Below are positions 14,901 through 28,800 of a DNA stretch of 64,000 nucleotides, one piece after another (position 1 is the stretch's first letter; each line of letters opens with the position of its first letter). The translations under genes and the position numbers were made by a program. Under the pieces are notes generated by a model that did not search any database, had not been told where the DNA came from, and saw only the letters and a list, made by a program, of their open reading frames with translations. Source of the stretch: Eledone cirrhosa (lineage: Eukaryota); assembly GCA_964016885.1 (NCBI GenBank), contig OZ024758.1, positions 34,472,001-34,536,000 on the forward strand. Reading direction: 5' to 3'.

Positions 14901-17900
14901 TAACTCCAATGTTGGTGAGAATTTATTTAAGTTCATGGTATTAGCTGTCAGAAGTCACTCCACTGTTGGTGAGAATTCATTTAAGTTCATGGTACTAGCT
15001 GTCAGAAGTAACCCCAATGTTGGTGAGAATTCATTTAAGTTCATGGTATTAGCTGTCAGAAGTCACTCCAATGTTGGTGAGAATTCATTTAAGTTCATGG
15101 TATTAGCTGTCAGAAGTAACTCCACTGTTGGTGAGAATTCATTTAAGTTCATGGTATTAGCTGTCAGAAGTAACTCCACTGTTGGTGAGAATTCATTTAA
15201 GTTCATGGTATTAGCTGTCAGAAGTAACTCCACTGTTGGTGAGAATTCATTTAAGTTCATGGTATTAGCTGTTAGATGGAACTCCAATGTTGGTGAGAAT
15301 TCATTTAAGTCATGGTACTAGCTGTCAGAAGTAACTCCACTGTTGGTGAGAATTCATTTAAGTTCATGGTATTAGCTGTCAGAAGTCACTCCACTGTTGG
15401 TGAGAATTCATTTAAGTTCATGGTACTAGCTGTCAGAAGTAACTCCAACGTTGGTGAGAATTCATTTAAGTTCATGGTATTAGCTGTCAGAAGTCACTCC
15501 AATGTTGGTGAGAATTCATTTAAGTTCATGGTATTAGCTGTCAGAAGTAACTCCACTGTTGGTGAGAATTCATTTAAGTTCATGTTATTAGCTGTCAGAA
15601 GTAACTCCACTGTTGGTGAGAATTCATTTAAGTTCATGGTATTAGCTGTCAGAAGGAACTCCAACGTTGGTGAGAATTCATTTAAGTTCATGGTACTAGC
15701 TGTCAGAAGTAACTCCACTGTTGGTGAGAATTCATTTAAGTTCATGGTACTAGCTGTCAGAAGTAACTCCACTGTTGGTGAGAATTCATTTAAGTTCATG
15801 GTATTAGTTTGTCAGAAGTAACTCCACTGATGGTGAGAATTCATTTAAGTCATGGTATTAGTTGTCAGAAGTAACTCCAATGTTGGTGAGAATTCATTTA
15901 AGTTCATGGTACTAGCTGTCAGAAGTAACTCCACTGTTGGTGAGAATTCATTTAAGTCATGGTATTAGCTGTCAGAAGTAACTCCAATGTTGGTGAGAAT
16001 TCATTTAAGTTCATGGTATTAGCTGTCAGAAGTCACTCCAATGTTGGTGAGAATTCATTTAAGTTCATGGTATTAGCTGTCAGAAGTAACTCCACTGTTG
16101 GTGAGAATTCATTTAAGTTCATGGTATTAGCTGTCAGAAGTAACTCCACTGTTGGTGAGAATTCATTTAAGTTCATGGTATTAGCTGTCAGAAGTAACTC
16201 CACTGTTGGTGAGAATTCATTTAAGTTCATGGTATTAGCTGTCAGAAGGAACTCCAATGTTGGTGAGAATTCATTTAAGTCATGGTACTAGCTGTCAGAA
16301 GTAACTCCACTGTTGGTGAGAATTCATTTAAGTTCATGGTATTAGCTGACAGAAGGAACGCCACTGTTGGTGAGAATTCATTTAAGTTCATGGTATTAGC
16401 TGTCAGAAGTAACTCCACTGTTGGTGAGAATTCATTTAAGTTCATGGTACTAGCTGTCAGAAGTAACTCCAATGTTTGTGAGAATTCATTTAAGTTCATG
16501 GTATTAGCTGTCAGAAGGAACTACACTGTTGCTGAGAATTCATTTAAGTTCATGGTATTAGCTGTCAGAAGTAACTCCACTGTTGGTGAGAATTCATTTA
16601 AGTTCATGGTATTAGCTGTCAGAAGTCACTCCAATGTTGGTGAGAATTCATTTAAGTTCATGGTATTAGCTGTCAGAAGTCACTCCACTGTTGGTGAGAA
16701 TTCATTTAAGTTCATGGTACTAGCTGTCCGAAGTAACCCCAACGTTGGTGAGAATTCATTTAAGTTCATGGTATTAGCTGTCAGAAGTCACTCCAATGTT
16801 GGTGAGAATTCATTTAAGTTCATGGTATTAGCTGTCAGAAGTAACTCCACTGTTGGTGAGAATTCATTTAAGTTCATGGTATTAGCTGTCAGAAGTAACT
16901 CCACTGTTGGTGAGAATTCATTTAAGTTCATGGTATTAGCTGTCAGAAGGAACTCCACTGTTGGTGAGAATTCATTTAAGTCATGGTACTAGCTGTCAGA
17001 AGTAACTCCACTGTTGGTGAGAATTCATTTAAGTTCATGGTATTAGCTGTCAGAAGTCACTCCACTGTTGGTGAGAATTCATTTAAGTTCATGGTACTAG
17101 CTGTCAGAAGTAACTCCAACGTTGGTGAGAATTCATTTAAGTTCATGGTATTAGCTGTCAGAAGTCACTCCAATGTTGGTGAGAATTCATTTAAGTTCAT
17201 GGTATTAGCTGTCAGAAGTAACTCCACTGTTGGTGAGAATTCATTTAAGTTCATGGTATTAGCTGTCAGAAGTAACTCCACTGTTGGTGAGAATTCATTT
17301 AAGTTCATGGTATTAGCTGTCAGAAGGAACTCCAACGTTGGTGAGAATTCATTTAAGTTCATGGTACTAGCTGTCAGAAGTAACTCCACTGTTGGTGAGA
17401 ATTCATTTAAGTTCATGGTACTAGCTGTCAGAAGTAACTCCACTGTTGGTGAGAATTCATTTAAGTTCATGGTATTAGTTTGTCAGAAGTAACTCCACTG
17501 ATGGTGAGAATTCATTTAAGTCATGGTATTAGTTGTCAGAAGTAACTCCAATGTTGGTGAGAATTCATTTAAGTTCATGGTACTAGCTGTCAGAAGTAAC
17601 TCCACTGTTGGTGAGAATTCATTTAAGTCATGGTATTAGCTGTCAGAAGTAACTCCAATGTTGGTGAGAATTCATTTAAGTTCATGGTATTAGCTGTCAG
17701 AAGTCACTCCAATGTTGGTGAGAATTCATTTAAGTTCATGGTATTAGCTGTCAGAAGTAACTCCACTGTTGGTGAGAATTCATTTAAGTTCATGGTATTA
17801 GCTGTCAGAAGTAACTCCACTGTTGGTGAGAATTCATTTAAGTTCATGGTATTAGCTGTTAGATGTAACTCCACTGTTGGTGAGAATTCATTTAAGTTCA

Positions 17901-19830
17901 TGGTATTAGCTGTCAGAAGGAACTCCAATGTTGGTGAGAATTCATTTAAGTCATGGTACTAGCTGTCAGAAGTAACTCCACTGTTGGTGAGAATTCATTT
18001 AAGTTCATGGTATTAGCTGACAGAAGGAACGCCACTGTTGGTGAGAATTCATTTAAGTCATGGTATTAGTTGTCAGAAGTAACTCCAATGTTGGTGAGAA
18101 TTCATTTAAGTTCATGGTATTAGCTGTCAGAAGTAACTCCACTGTTGGTGAGAATTCATTTAAGTTCATGGTACTAGCTGTCAGAAGTAACTCCACTGTT
18201 GGTGAGAATTCATTTAAGTCATGGTACTAGCTGTCAGAAGTAACTCCACTGTTGGTGAGAATTCATTTAAGTTCATGGTATTAGCTGTCAGAAGGAACGC
18301 CACTGTTGGTGAGAATTCATTTAAGTTCATGGTATTAGCTGTCAGAAGTAACTCCACTGTTGGTGAGAATTCATTTAAGTTCATGGTACTAGCTGTCAGA
18401 AGTAACTCCAATGTTGGTGAGAATTCATTTAAGTTCGTGGTATTAGCTGTCAGAAGTAACTCCACTGTTGGTGAGAATTCATTTAAGTTCATGGTATTAG
18501 CTGTCAGAAGTAACTCCACTGTTGGTGAGAATTCATTTAAGTCATGGTACTAGCTGTCAGAAGTAACTCCACTGTTGGTGAGAATTCATTTAAGTTCATG
18601 GTATTAGCTGTCAGAAGGAACTCCACTGTTGGTGAGAATTCAGTTAAGTTCATGGTACTAGCTGTCAGAAGTAACTCCACTGTTGGTGAGAATTCATTTA
18701 AGTTCATGGTATTAGTTTGTCAGAAGTAACTCCACTGTTGGTGAGAATTCATTTAAGTCATGGTATTAGTTGTCAGAAGTAACTCCAATGTTGGTGAGAA
18801 TTCATTTAAGCCATGGTACTAGCTGTCAGAAGTAACTCCACTGTTGGTGAGAATTCATTTAAGTTCATGGTACTAGCTGTCAGAAGTAACTCCACTGTTG
18901 GTGAGAATTCATTTAAGTTCATGGTATTAGTTTGTCAGAAGTAACTCCACTGATGGTGAGAATTCATTTAAGTCATGGTATTAGTTGTCAGAAGTAACTC
19001 CAATGTTGGTGAGAATTCATTTAAGTTCATGGTACTAGCTGTCAGAAGTAACTCCACTGTTGGTGAGAATTCATTTAAGTCATGGTATTAGCTGTCAGAA
19101 GTAACTCCAATGTTGGTGAGAATTCATTTAAGTTCATGGTATTAGCTGTCAGAAGTAACTCCGCTGTTGGTGAGAATTCATTTAAGTTCATGGTATTAGC
19201 TGTCAGAAGTAACTCCACTGTTGGTGAGAATTCATTTAGGTTCATGGTATTAGCTGTCAGAAGTAACTCCACTGTTGGTGAGAATTCATTTAAGTTCATG
19301 GTATTAGCTGTCAGAAGGAACTCCAATGTTGGTGAGAATTCATTTAAGTCATGGTACTAGCTGTCAGAAGTAACTCCACTGTTGGTGAGAATTCATTTAA
19401 GTTCATGGTAGTAGCTGTCAGAAGGAACGCCACTGTTGGTGAGAATTCATTTAAGTTCATGGTATTAGCTGTCAGAAGGAACTCCACTGTTGCTGAGAAT
19501 TCATTTAAGTTCATGGTATTAGCTCTCAGAAGTAACTCCACTGTTGGTGAGAATTCATTTAAGTTCATGGTACTAGCTGTCAGAAGTAACTCCACTGTTG
19601 GTGAGAATTCATTTAAGTTCATGGTATTAGCTGTCAGAAGTCACTCCAATGTTGGTGAGAATTCATTTAGGTTCATGGTATTAGCTGTCAGAAGTCACTC
19701 CACTGTTGGTGAGAATTCATTTAAGTTCATGGTATTAGCTGTCAGAAGTAACTCCACTGTTGGTGAGAATTCATTTATGTTCATGGTATTAGTTTGTCAG
19801 AAGTAACTCCACTGTTGGTGAGAATTCATT
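6800..19830. repeat. Large duplication, offset 7817-7819 bp
   Basis: AATGTTTGT occurs at 8652 and 16471, TTAGATGTAAC at 10040 and 17859, and CTCCGCT at 11342 and 19159. ORF pairs are 8463/16282, 9164/16983, 10727/18544 and 11265/19082. Boundaries are approximate. Confidence 0.85.
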
Positions 19831-22800
19831 TAAGTTCATGGTATTAGCTGTCAGAAGTAACTCCACTGTTGGTGAGAATTCATTTAAGTTCATGGTATTA
19901 GCTGTCAGAAGTAACTCCACTGTTGGTGAGAATTCATTTAAGTTCATGGTATTAGCTGTCAGAAGGAACGCCACTGTTGGTGAGAATTCATTTAAGTTCA
20001 TGGTATTAGCTGTCAGAAGAAACTCCACTGTTGGTGAGAATTCATTTATGTTCATGGTATTAGTTTGTCAGAAGTAACTCCACTGTTGGTGAGAATTCAT
20101 TTAAGTTCATGGTACTAGCTGTCAGAAGTAACTCCACTGTTGGTGAGAATTCATTTAAGTTCATGGTATTAGCTGTCAGAAGTCACTCCAATGTTGGTGA
20201 GAATTCATTTAGGTTCATGGTATTAGCTGTCAGAAGTCACTCCACTGTTGGTGAGAATTCATTTAAGTTCATGGTACTAGCTGTCCGAAGTAACCCCAAT
20301 GTTGGTGAGAATTCATTTAAGTTCATGGTATTAGCTGTCAGAAGTCACTCCAATGTTGGTGAGAATTCATTTAAGTTCATGGTATTAGCTGTCAGAAGTA
20401 ACTCCACTGTTGGTGAGAATTCATTTAAGTGCATGGTATTAGCTGTCAGAAGTAACTCCAATGTTGGTGAGAATTTATTTAAGTTCATGGTATTAGCTGT
20501 CAGAAGTCACTCCACTGTTGGTGAGAATTCATTTAAGTTCATGGTACTAGCTGTCAGAAGTAACCCCAATGTTGGTGAGAATTCATTTAAGTTCATGGTA
20601 TTAGCTGTCAGAAGTCACTCCAATGTTGGTGAGAATTCATTTAAGTTCATGGTATTAGCTGTCAGAAGTAACTCCACTGTTGGTGAGAATTCATTTAAGT
20701 TCATGGTATTAGCTGTCAGAAGTAACTCCACTGTTGGTGAGAATTCATTTAAGTTCATGGTATTAGCTGTCAGAAGTAACTCCACTGTTGGTGAGAATTC
20801 ATTTAAGTTCATGGTATTAGCTGTTAGATGGAACTCCAATGTTGGTGAGAATTCATTTAAGTCATGGTACTAGCTGTCAGAAGTAACTCCACTGTTGGTG
20901 AGAATTCATTTAAGTTCATGGTATTAGCTGTCAGAAGTCACTCCACTGTTGGTGAGAATTCATTTAAGTTCATGGTACTAGCTGTCAGAAGTAACTCCAA
21001 CGTTGGTGAGAATTCATTTAAGTTCATGGTATTAGCTGTCAGAAGTCACTCCAATGTTGGTGAGAATTCATTTAAGTTCATGGTATTAGCTGTCAGAAGT
21101 AACTCCACTGTTGGTGAGAATTCATTTAAGTTCATGGTATTAGCTGTCAGAAGTAACTCCACTGTTGGTGAGAATTCATTTAAGTTCATGGTATTAGCTG
21201 TCAGAAGGAACTCCAACGTTGGTGAGAATTCATTTAAGTTCATGGTACTAGCTGTCAGAAGTAACTCCACTGTTGGTGAGAATTCATTTAAGTTCATGGT
21301 ACTAGCTGTCAGAAGTAACTCCACTGTTGGTGAGAATTCATTTAAGTTCATGGTATTAGTTTGTCAGAAGTAACTCCACTGATGGTGAGAATTCATTTAA
21401 GTCATGGTATTAGTTGTCAGAAGTAACTCCAATGTTGGTGAGAATTCATTTAAGTTCATGGTACTAGCTGTCAGAAGTAACTCCACTGTTGGTGAGAATT
21501 CATTTAAGTCATGGTATTAGCTGTCAGAAGTAACTCCAATGTTGGTGAGAATTCATTTAAGTTCATGGTATTAGCTGTCAGAAGTCACTCCAATGTTGGT
21601 GAGAATTCATTTAAGTTCATGGTATTAGCTGTCAGAAGTAACTCCACTGTTGGTGAGAATTCATTTAAGTTCATGGTATTAGCTGTCAGAAGTAACTCCA
21701 CTGTTGGTGAGAATTCATTTAAGTTCATGGTATTAGCTGTCAGAAGTAACTCCACTGTTGGTGAGAATTCATTTAAGTTCATGGTATTAGCTGTCAGAAG
21801 GAACTCCAATGTTGGTGAGAATTCATTTAAGTCATGGTACTAGCTGTCAGAAGTAACTCCACTGTTGGTGAGAATTCATTTAAGTTCATGGTATTAGCTG
21901 ACAGAAGGAACGCCACTGTTGGTGAGAATTCATTTAAGTTCATGGTATTAGCTGTCAGAAGTAACTCCACTGTTGGTGAGAATTCATTTAAGTTCATGGT
22001 ACTAGCTGTCAGAAGTAACTCCAATGTTGGTGAGAATTCATTTAAGTTCATGGTATTAGCTGTCAGAAGGAACTCCACTGTTGCTGAGAATTCATTTAAG
22101 TTCATGGTATTAGCTGTCAGAAGTAACTCCACTGTTGGTGAGAATTCATTTAAGTTCATGGTATTAGCTGTCAGAAGTCACTCCAATGTTGGTGAGAATT
22201 CATTTAAGTTCATGGTATTAGCTGTCAGAAGTCACTCCACTGTTGGTGAGAATTCATTTAAGTTCATGGTACTAGCTGTCCGAAGTAACCCCAACGTTGG
22301 TGAGAATTCATTTAAGTTCATGGTATTAGCTGTCAGAAGTCACTCCAATGTTGGTGAGAATTCATTTAAGTTCATGGTATTAGCTGTCAGAAGTAACTCC
22401 ACTGTTGGTGAGAATTCATTTAAGTTTATGGTATTAGCTGTCAGAAGTAACTCCACTGTTGGTGAGAATTCATTTAAGTTCATGGTATTAGCTGTCAGAA
22501 GGAACTCCACTGTTGGTGAGAATTCATTTAAGTCATGGTACTAGCTGTCAGAAGTAACTCCACTGTTGGTGAGAATTCATTTAAGTTCATGGTATTAGCT
22601 GTCAGAAGTCACTCCACTGTTGGTGAGAATTCATTTAAGTTCATGGTACTAGCTGTCAGAAGTAACTCCAACGTTGGTGAGAATTCATTTAAGTTCATGG
22701 TATTAGCTGTCAGAAGTCACTCCAATGTTGGTGAGAATTCATTTAAGTTCATGGTATTAGCTGTCAGAAGTAACTCCACTGTTGGTGAGAATTCATTTAA

Positions 22801-25800
22801 GTTCATGGTATTAGCTGTCAGAAGTAACTCCACTGTTGGTGAGAATTCATTTAAGTTCATGGTATTAGCTGTCAGAAGGAACTCCAACGTTGGTGAGAAT
22901 TCATTTAAGTTCATGGTACTAGCTGTCAGAAGTAACTCCACTGTTGGTGAGAATTCATTTAAGTTCATGGTACTAGCTGTCAGAAGTAACTCCACTGTTG
23001 GTGAGTATTCATTTAAGTTCATGGTATTAGTTTGTCAGAAGTAACTCCACTGATGGTGAGAATTCATTTAAGTCATGGTATTAGTTGTCAGAAGTAACTC
23101 CAATGTTGGTGAGAATTCATTTAAGTTCATGGTACTAGCTGTCAGAAGTAACTCCACTGTTGGTGAGAATTCATTTAAGTCATGGTATTAGCTGTCAGAA
23201 GTAACTCCAATGTTGGTGAGAATTCATTTAAGTTCATGGTATTAGCTGTCAGAAGTCACTCCAATGTTGGTGAGAATTCATTTAAGTTCATGGTATTAGC
23301 TGTCAGAAGTAACTCCACTGTTGGTGAGAATTCATTTAAGTTCATGGTATTAGCTGTCAGAAGTAACTCCACTGTTGGTGAGAATTCATTTAAGTTCATG
23401 GTATTAGCTGTTAGATGTAATTCCACTGTTGGTGAGAATTCATTTAAGTTCATGGTATTAGCTGTCAGAAGGAACTCCAATGTTGGTGAGAATTCATTTA
23501 AGTCATGGTACTAGCTGTCAGAAGTAACTCCACTGTTGGTGAGAATTCATTTAAGTTCATGGTATTAGCTGACAGAAGGAACGCCACTGTTGGTGAGAAT
23601 TCATTTAAGTTCATGGTATTAGCTGTCAGAAGTAACTCCACTGTTGGTGAGAATTCATTTAAGTTCATGGTACTAGCTGTCAGAAGTAACTCCAATGTTG
23701 GTGAGAATTCATTTAAGTTCATGGTATTAGCTGTCAGAAGGAACTCCACTGTTGCTGAGAATTCATTTAAGTTCATGGTATTAGCTGTCAGAAGTAACTC
23801 CACTGTTGGTGAGAATTCATTTAAGTTCATGGTATTAGCTGTCAGAAGTCACTCCAATGTTGGTGAGAATTCATTTAAGTTCATGGTATTAGCTGTCAGA
23901 AGTCACTCCACTGTTGGTGAGAATTCATTTAAGTTCATGGTACTAGCTGTCCGAAGTAACCCCAACGTTGGTGAGAATTCATTTAAGTTCATGGTATTAG
24001 CTGTCAGAAGTCACTCCAATGTTGGTGAGAATTCATTTAAGTTCATGGTATTAGCTGTCAGAAGTAACTCCACTGTTGGTGAGAATTCATTTAAGTTCAT
24101 GGTATTAGCTGTCAGAAGTAACTCCACTGTTGGTGAGAATTCATTTAAGTTCATGGTATTAGCTGTCAGAAGGAACTCCACTGTTGGTGAGAATTCATTT
24201 AAGTTCATGGTACTAGCTGTCAGAAGTAACTCCACTGTTGGTGAGAATTCATTTAAGTTCATGGTATTAGTTTGTCAGAAGTAACTCCACTGTTGGTGAG
24301 AATTCATTTAAGTCATGGTATTAGTTGTCAGAAGTAACTCCAATGTTGGTGAGAATTCATTTAAGCCATGGTACTAGCTGTCAGAAGTAACTCCAATGTT
24401 GGTGAGAATTCATTTAAGTTCATGGTATTAGCTGTCAGAAGGAACTCCACTGTTGGTGAGAATTCATTTAAGTTCATGGTATTAGCTGTCAGAAGTAACT
24501 CCACTGTTGGTGAGAATTCATTTAAGTTCATGGTACTAGCTGTCAGAAGTAACTCCAATGTTGGTGAGAATTCATTTAAGTTCATGGTATTAGCTGTCAG
24601 AAGTAACTCCACTGTCGGTGAGAGTTCATTTAAGTCATGGTATTAGCTGTCAGAAGTAACTCCAATGTTGGTGAGAATTCATTTAAGTTCATGGTATTAG
24701 CTGTCAGAAGTAACTCCACTGTTGGTGAGAATTCATTTAAGTTCATGGTATTAGCTGTCAGAAGTAACTCCACTGTTGGTGAGAATTCATTTAAGTTCAT
24801 GGTACTAGCTGTCAGAAGTAACTCCACTGTTGGTGAGAATTCATTTAAGTTCATGGTATTAGTTTGTCAGAAGTAACTCCACTGTTGGTGAGAATTCATT
24901 TAAGTTCATGGTATTAGCTGACAGAAGGAACGCCACTGTTGGTGAGAATTCATTTAAGTTCATGGTATTAGCTGTCAGAAGTAACTCCACTGTTGGTGAG
25001 AATTCATTTAAGTTCATGGTACTAGCTGTCAGAAGTAACTCCACTGTTGGTGAGAATTCATTTAAGTTCATGGTATTAGTTTGTCAGAAGTAACTCCACT
25101 GATGGTGAGAATTCATTTAAGTCATGGTATTAGTTGTCAGAAGTAACTCCAATGTTGGTGAGAATTCATTTAAGTTCATGGTACTAGCTGTCAGAAGTAA
25201 CTCCACTGTTGGTGAGAATTCATTTAAGTCTTGGTATTAGCTGTCAGAAGTAACTCCAATGTTGGTGAGAATTCATTTAAGTTCATGGTATTAGCTGTCA
25301 GAAGTCACTCCACTGTTGGTGAGAATTCATTTAAGTTCATGGTACTAGCTGTCAGAAGTAACCCCAATGTTGGTGAGAATTCATTTAAGTTCATGGTATT
25401 AGCTGTCAGAAGTCACTCCAATGTTGGTGAGAATTCATTTAAGTTCATGGTATTAGCTGTCAGAAGTAACTCCACTGTTGGTGAGAATTCATTTAAGTTC
25501 ATGGTATTAGCTGTCAGAAGTAACTCCACTGTTGGTGAGAATTCATTTAAGTTCATGGTATTAGCTGTCAGAAGTAACTCCACTGTTGGTGAGAATTCAT
25601 TTAAGTTCATGGTATTAGCTGTCAGAAGGAACTCCAATGTTGGTGAGAATTCATTTAAGTCATGGTACTAGCTGTCAGAAGTAACTCCACTGTTGGTGAG
25701 AATTCATTTAAGTTCATGGTATTAGCTGACAGAAGGAACGCCACTGTTGGTGAGAATTCATTTAAGTCATGGTACTAGCTGTCAGAAGTAACTCCACTGT

Positions 25801-28800
25801 TGGTGAGAATTCATTTAAGTTCATGGTATTAGTTTGTCAGAAGTAACTCCACTGATGGTGAGAATTCATTTAAGTCATGGTATTAGTTGTCAGAAGTAAC
25901 TCCAATGTTGGTGAGAATTCATTTAAGTTCATGGTACTAGCTGTCAGAAGTAACTCCACTGTTGGTGAGAATTCATTTAAGTCATGGTATTAGCTGTCAG
26001 AAGTAACTCCAATGTTGGTGAGAATTCATTTAAGTTCATGGTATTAGCTGTCAGAAGTAACTCCGCTGTTGGTGAGAATTCATTTAAGTTCATGGTATTA
26101 GCTGTCAGAAGTAACTCCACTGTTGGTGAGAATTCATTTAGGTTCATGGTATTAGCTGTCAGAAGTAACTCCACTGTTGGTGAGAATTCATTTAAGTTCA
26201 TGGTATTAGCTGTCAGAAGGAACTCCAATGTTGGTGAGAATTCATTTAAGTCATGGTACTAGCTGTCAGAAGTAACTCCACTGTTGGTGAGAATTCATTT
26301 AAGTTCATGGTATTAGCTGTCAGAAGGAACGCCACTGTTGGTGAGAATTCATTTAAGTTCATGGTATTAGCTGTCAGAAGGAACTCCACTGTTGCTGAGA
26401 ATTCATTTAAGTTCATGGTATTAGCTCTCAGAAGTAACTCCACTGTTGGTGAGAATTCATTTAAGTTCATGGTACTAGCTGTCAGAAGTAACTCCACTGT
26501 TGGTGAGAATTCATTTAAGTTCATGGTATTAGCTGTCAGAAGTCACTCCAATGTTGGTGAGAATTCATTTAGGTTCATGGTATTAGCTGTCAGAAGTCAC
26601 TCCACTGTTGGTGAGAATTCATTTAAGTTCATGGTATTAGCTGTCAGAAGTAACTCCACTGTTGGTGAGAATTCATTTATGTTCATGGTATTAGTTTGTC
26701 AGAAGTAACTCCACTGTTGGTGAGAATTCATTTAAGTTCATGGTACTAGCTGTCAGAAGTAACTCCACTGTTGGTGAGAATTCATTTAAGTTCATGGTAT
26801 TAGCTGTCAGAAGTCACTCCAATGTTGGTGAGAATTCATTTAGGTTCATGGTATTAGCTGTCAGAAGTCACTCCACTGTTGGTGAGAATTCATTTAAGTT
26901 CATGGTACTAGCTGTCCGAAGTAACCCCAATGTTGGTGAGAATTCATTTAAGTTCATGGTATTAGCTGTCAGAAGTCACTCCAATGTTGGTGAGAATTCA
27001 TTTAAGTTCATGGTATTAGCTGTCAGAAGTAACTCCACTGTTGGTGAGAATTCATTTAAGTGCATGGTATTAGCTGTCAGAAGTAACTCCAATGTTGGTG
27101 AGAATTTATTTAAGTTCATGGTATTAGCTGTCAGAAGTCACTCCACTGTTGGTGAGAATTCATTTAAGTTCATGGTACTAGCTGTCAGAAGTAACCCCAA
27201 TGTTGGTGAGAATTCATTTAAGTTCATGGTATTAGCTGTCAGAAGTCACTCCAATGTTGGTGAGAATTCATTTAAGTTCATGGTATTAGCTGTCAGAAGT
27301 AACTCCACTGTTGGTGAGAATTCATTTAAGTTCATGGTATTAGCTGTCAGAAGTAACTCCACTGTTGGTGAGAATTCATTTAAGTTCATGGTATTAGCTG
27401 TCAGAAGTAACTCCACTGTTGGTGAGAATTCATTTAAGTTCATGGTATTAGCTGTTAGATGGAACTCCAATGTTGGTGAGAATTCATTTAAGTCATGGTA
27501 CTAGCTGTCAGAAGTAACTCCACTGTTGGTGAGAATTCATTTAAGTTCATGGTATTAGCTGTCAGAAGTCACTCCACTGTTGGTGAGAATTCATTTAAGT
27601 TCATGGTACTAGCTGTCAGAAGTAACTCCAACGTTGGTGAGAATTCATTTAAGTTCATGGTATTAGCTGTCAGAAGTCACTCCAATGTTGGTGAGAATTC
27701 ATTTAAGTTCATGGTATTAGCTGTCAGAAGTAACTCCACTGTTGGTGAGAATTCATTTAAGTTCATGGTATTAGCTGTCAGAAGTAACTCCACTGTTGGT
27801 GAGAATTCATTTAAGTTCATGGTATTAGCTGTCAGAAGGAACTCCAACGTTGGTGAGAATTCATTTAAGTTCATGGTACTAGCTGTCAGAAGTAACTCCA
27901 CTGTTGGTGAGAATTCATTTAAGTTCATGGTACTAGCTGTCAGAAGTAACTCCACTGTTGGTGAGAATTCATTTAAGTTCATGGTATTAGTTTGTCAGAA
28001 GTAACTCCACTGATGGTGAGAATTCATTTAAGTCATGGTATTAGTTGTCAGAAGTAACTCCAATGTTGGTGAGAATTCATTTAAGTTCATGGTACTAGCT
28101 GTCAGAAGTAACTCCACTGTTGGTGAGAATTCATTTAAGTCATGGTATTAGCTGTCAGAAGTAACTCCAATGTTGGTGAGAATTCATTTAAGTTCATGGT
28201 ATTAGCTGTCAGAAGTCACTCCAATGTTGGTGAGAATTCATTTAAGTTCATGGTATTAGCTGTCAGAAGTAACTCCACTGTTGGTGAGAATTCATTTAAG
28301 TTCATGGTATTAGCTGTCAGAAGTAACTCCACTGTTGGTGAGAATTCATTTAAGTTCATGGTATTAGCTGTCAGAAGTAACTCCACTGTTGGTGAGAATT
28401 CATTTAAGTTCATGGTATTAGCTGTCAGAAGGAACTCCAATGTTGGTGAGAATTCATTTAAGTCATGGTACTAGCTGTCAGAAGTAACTCCACTGTTGGT
28501 GAGAATTCATTTAAGTTCATGGTATTAGCTGACAGAAGGAACGCCACTGTTGGTGAGAATTCATTTAAGTTCATGGTATTAGCTGTCAGAAGTAACTCCA
28601 CTGTTGGTGAGAATTCATTTAAGTTCATGGTACTAGCTGTCAGAAGTAACTCCAATGTTGGTGAGAATTCATTTAAGTTCATGGTATTAGCTGTCAGAAG
28701 GAACTCCACTGTTGCTGAGAATTCATTTAAGTTCATGGTATTAGCTGTCAGAAGTAACTCCACTGTTGGTGAGAATTCATTTAAGTTCATGGTATTAGCT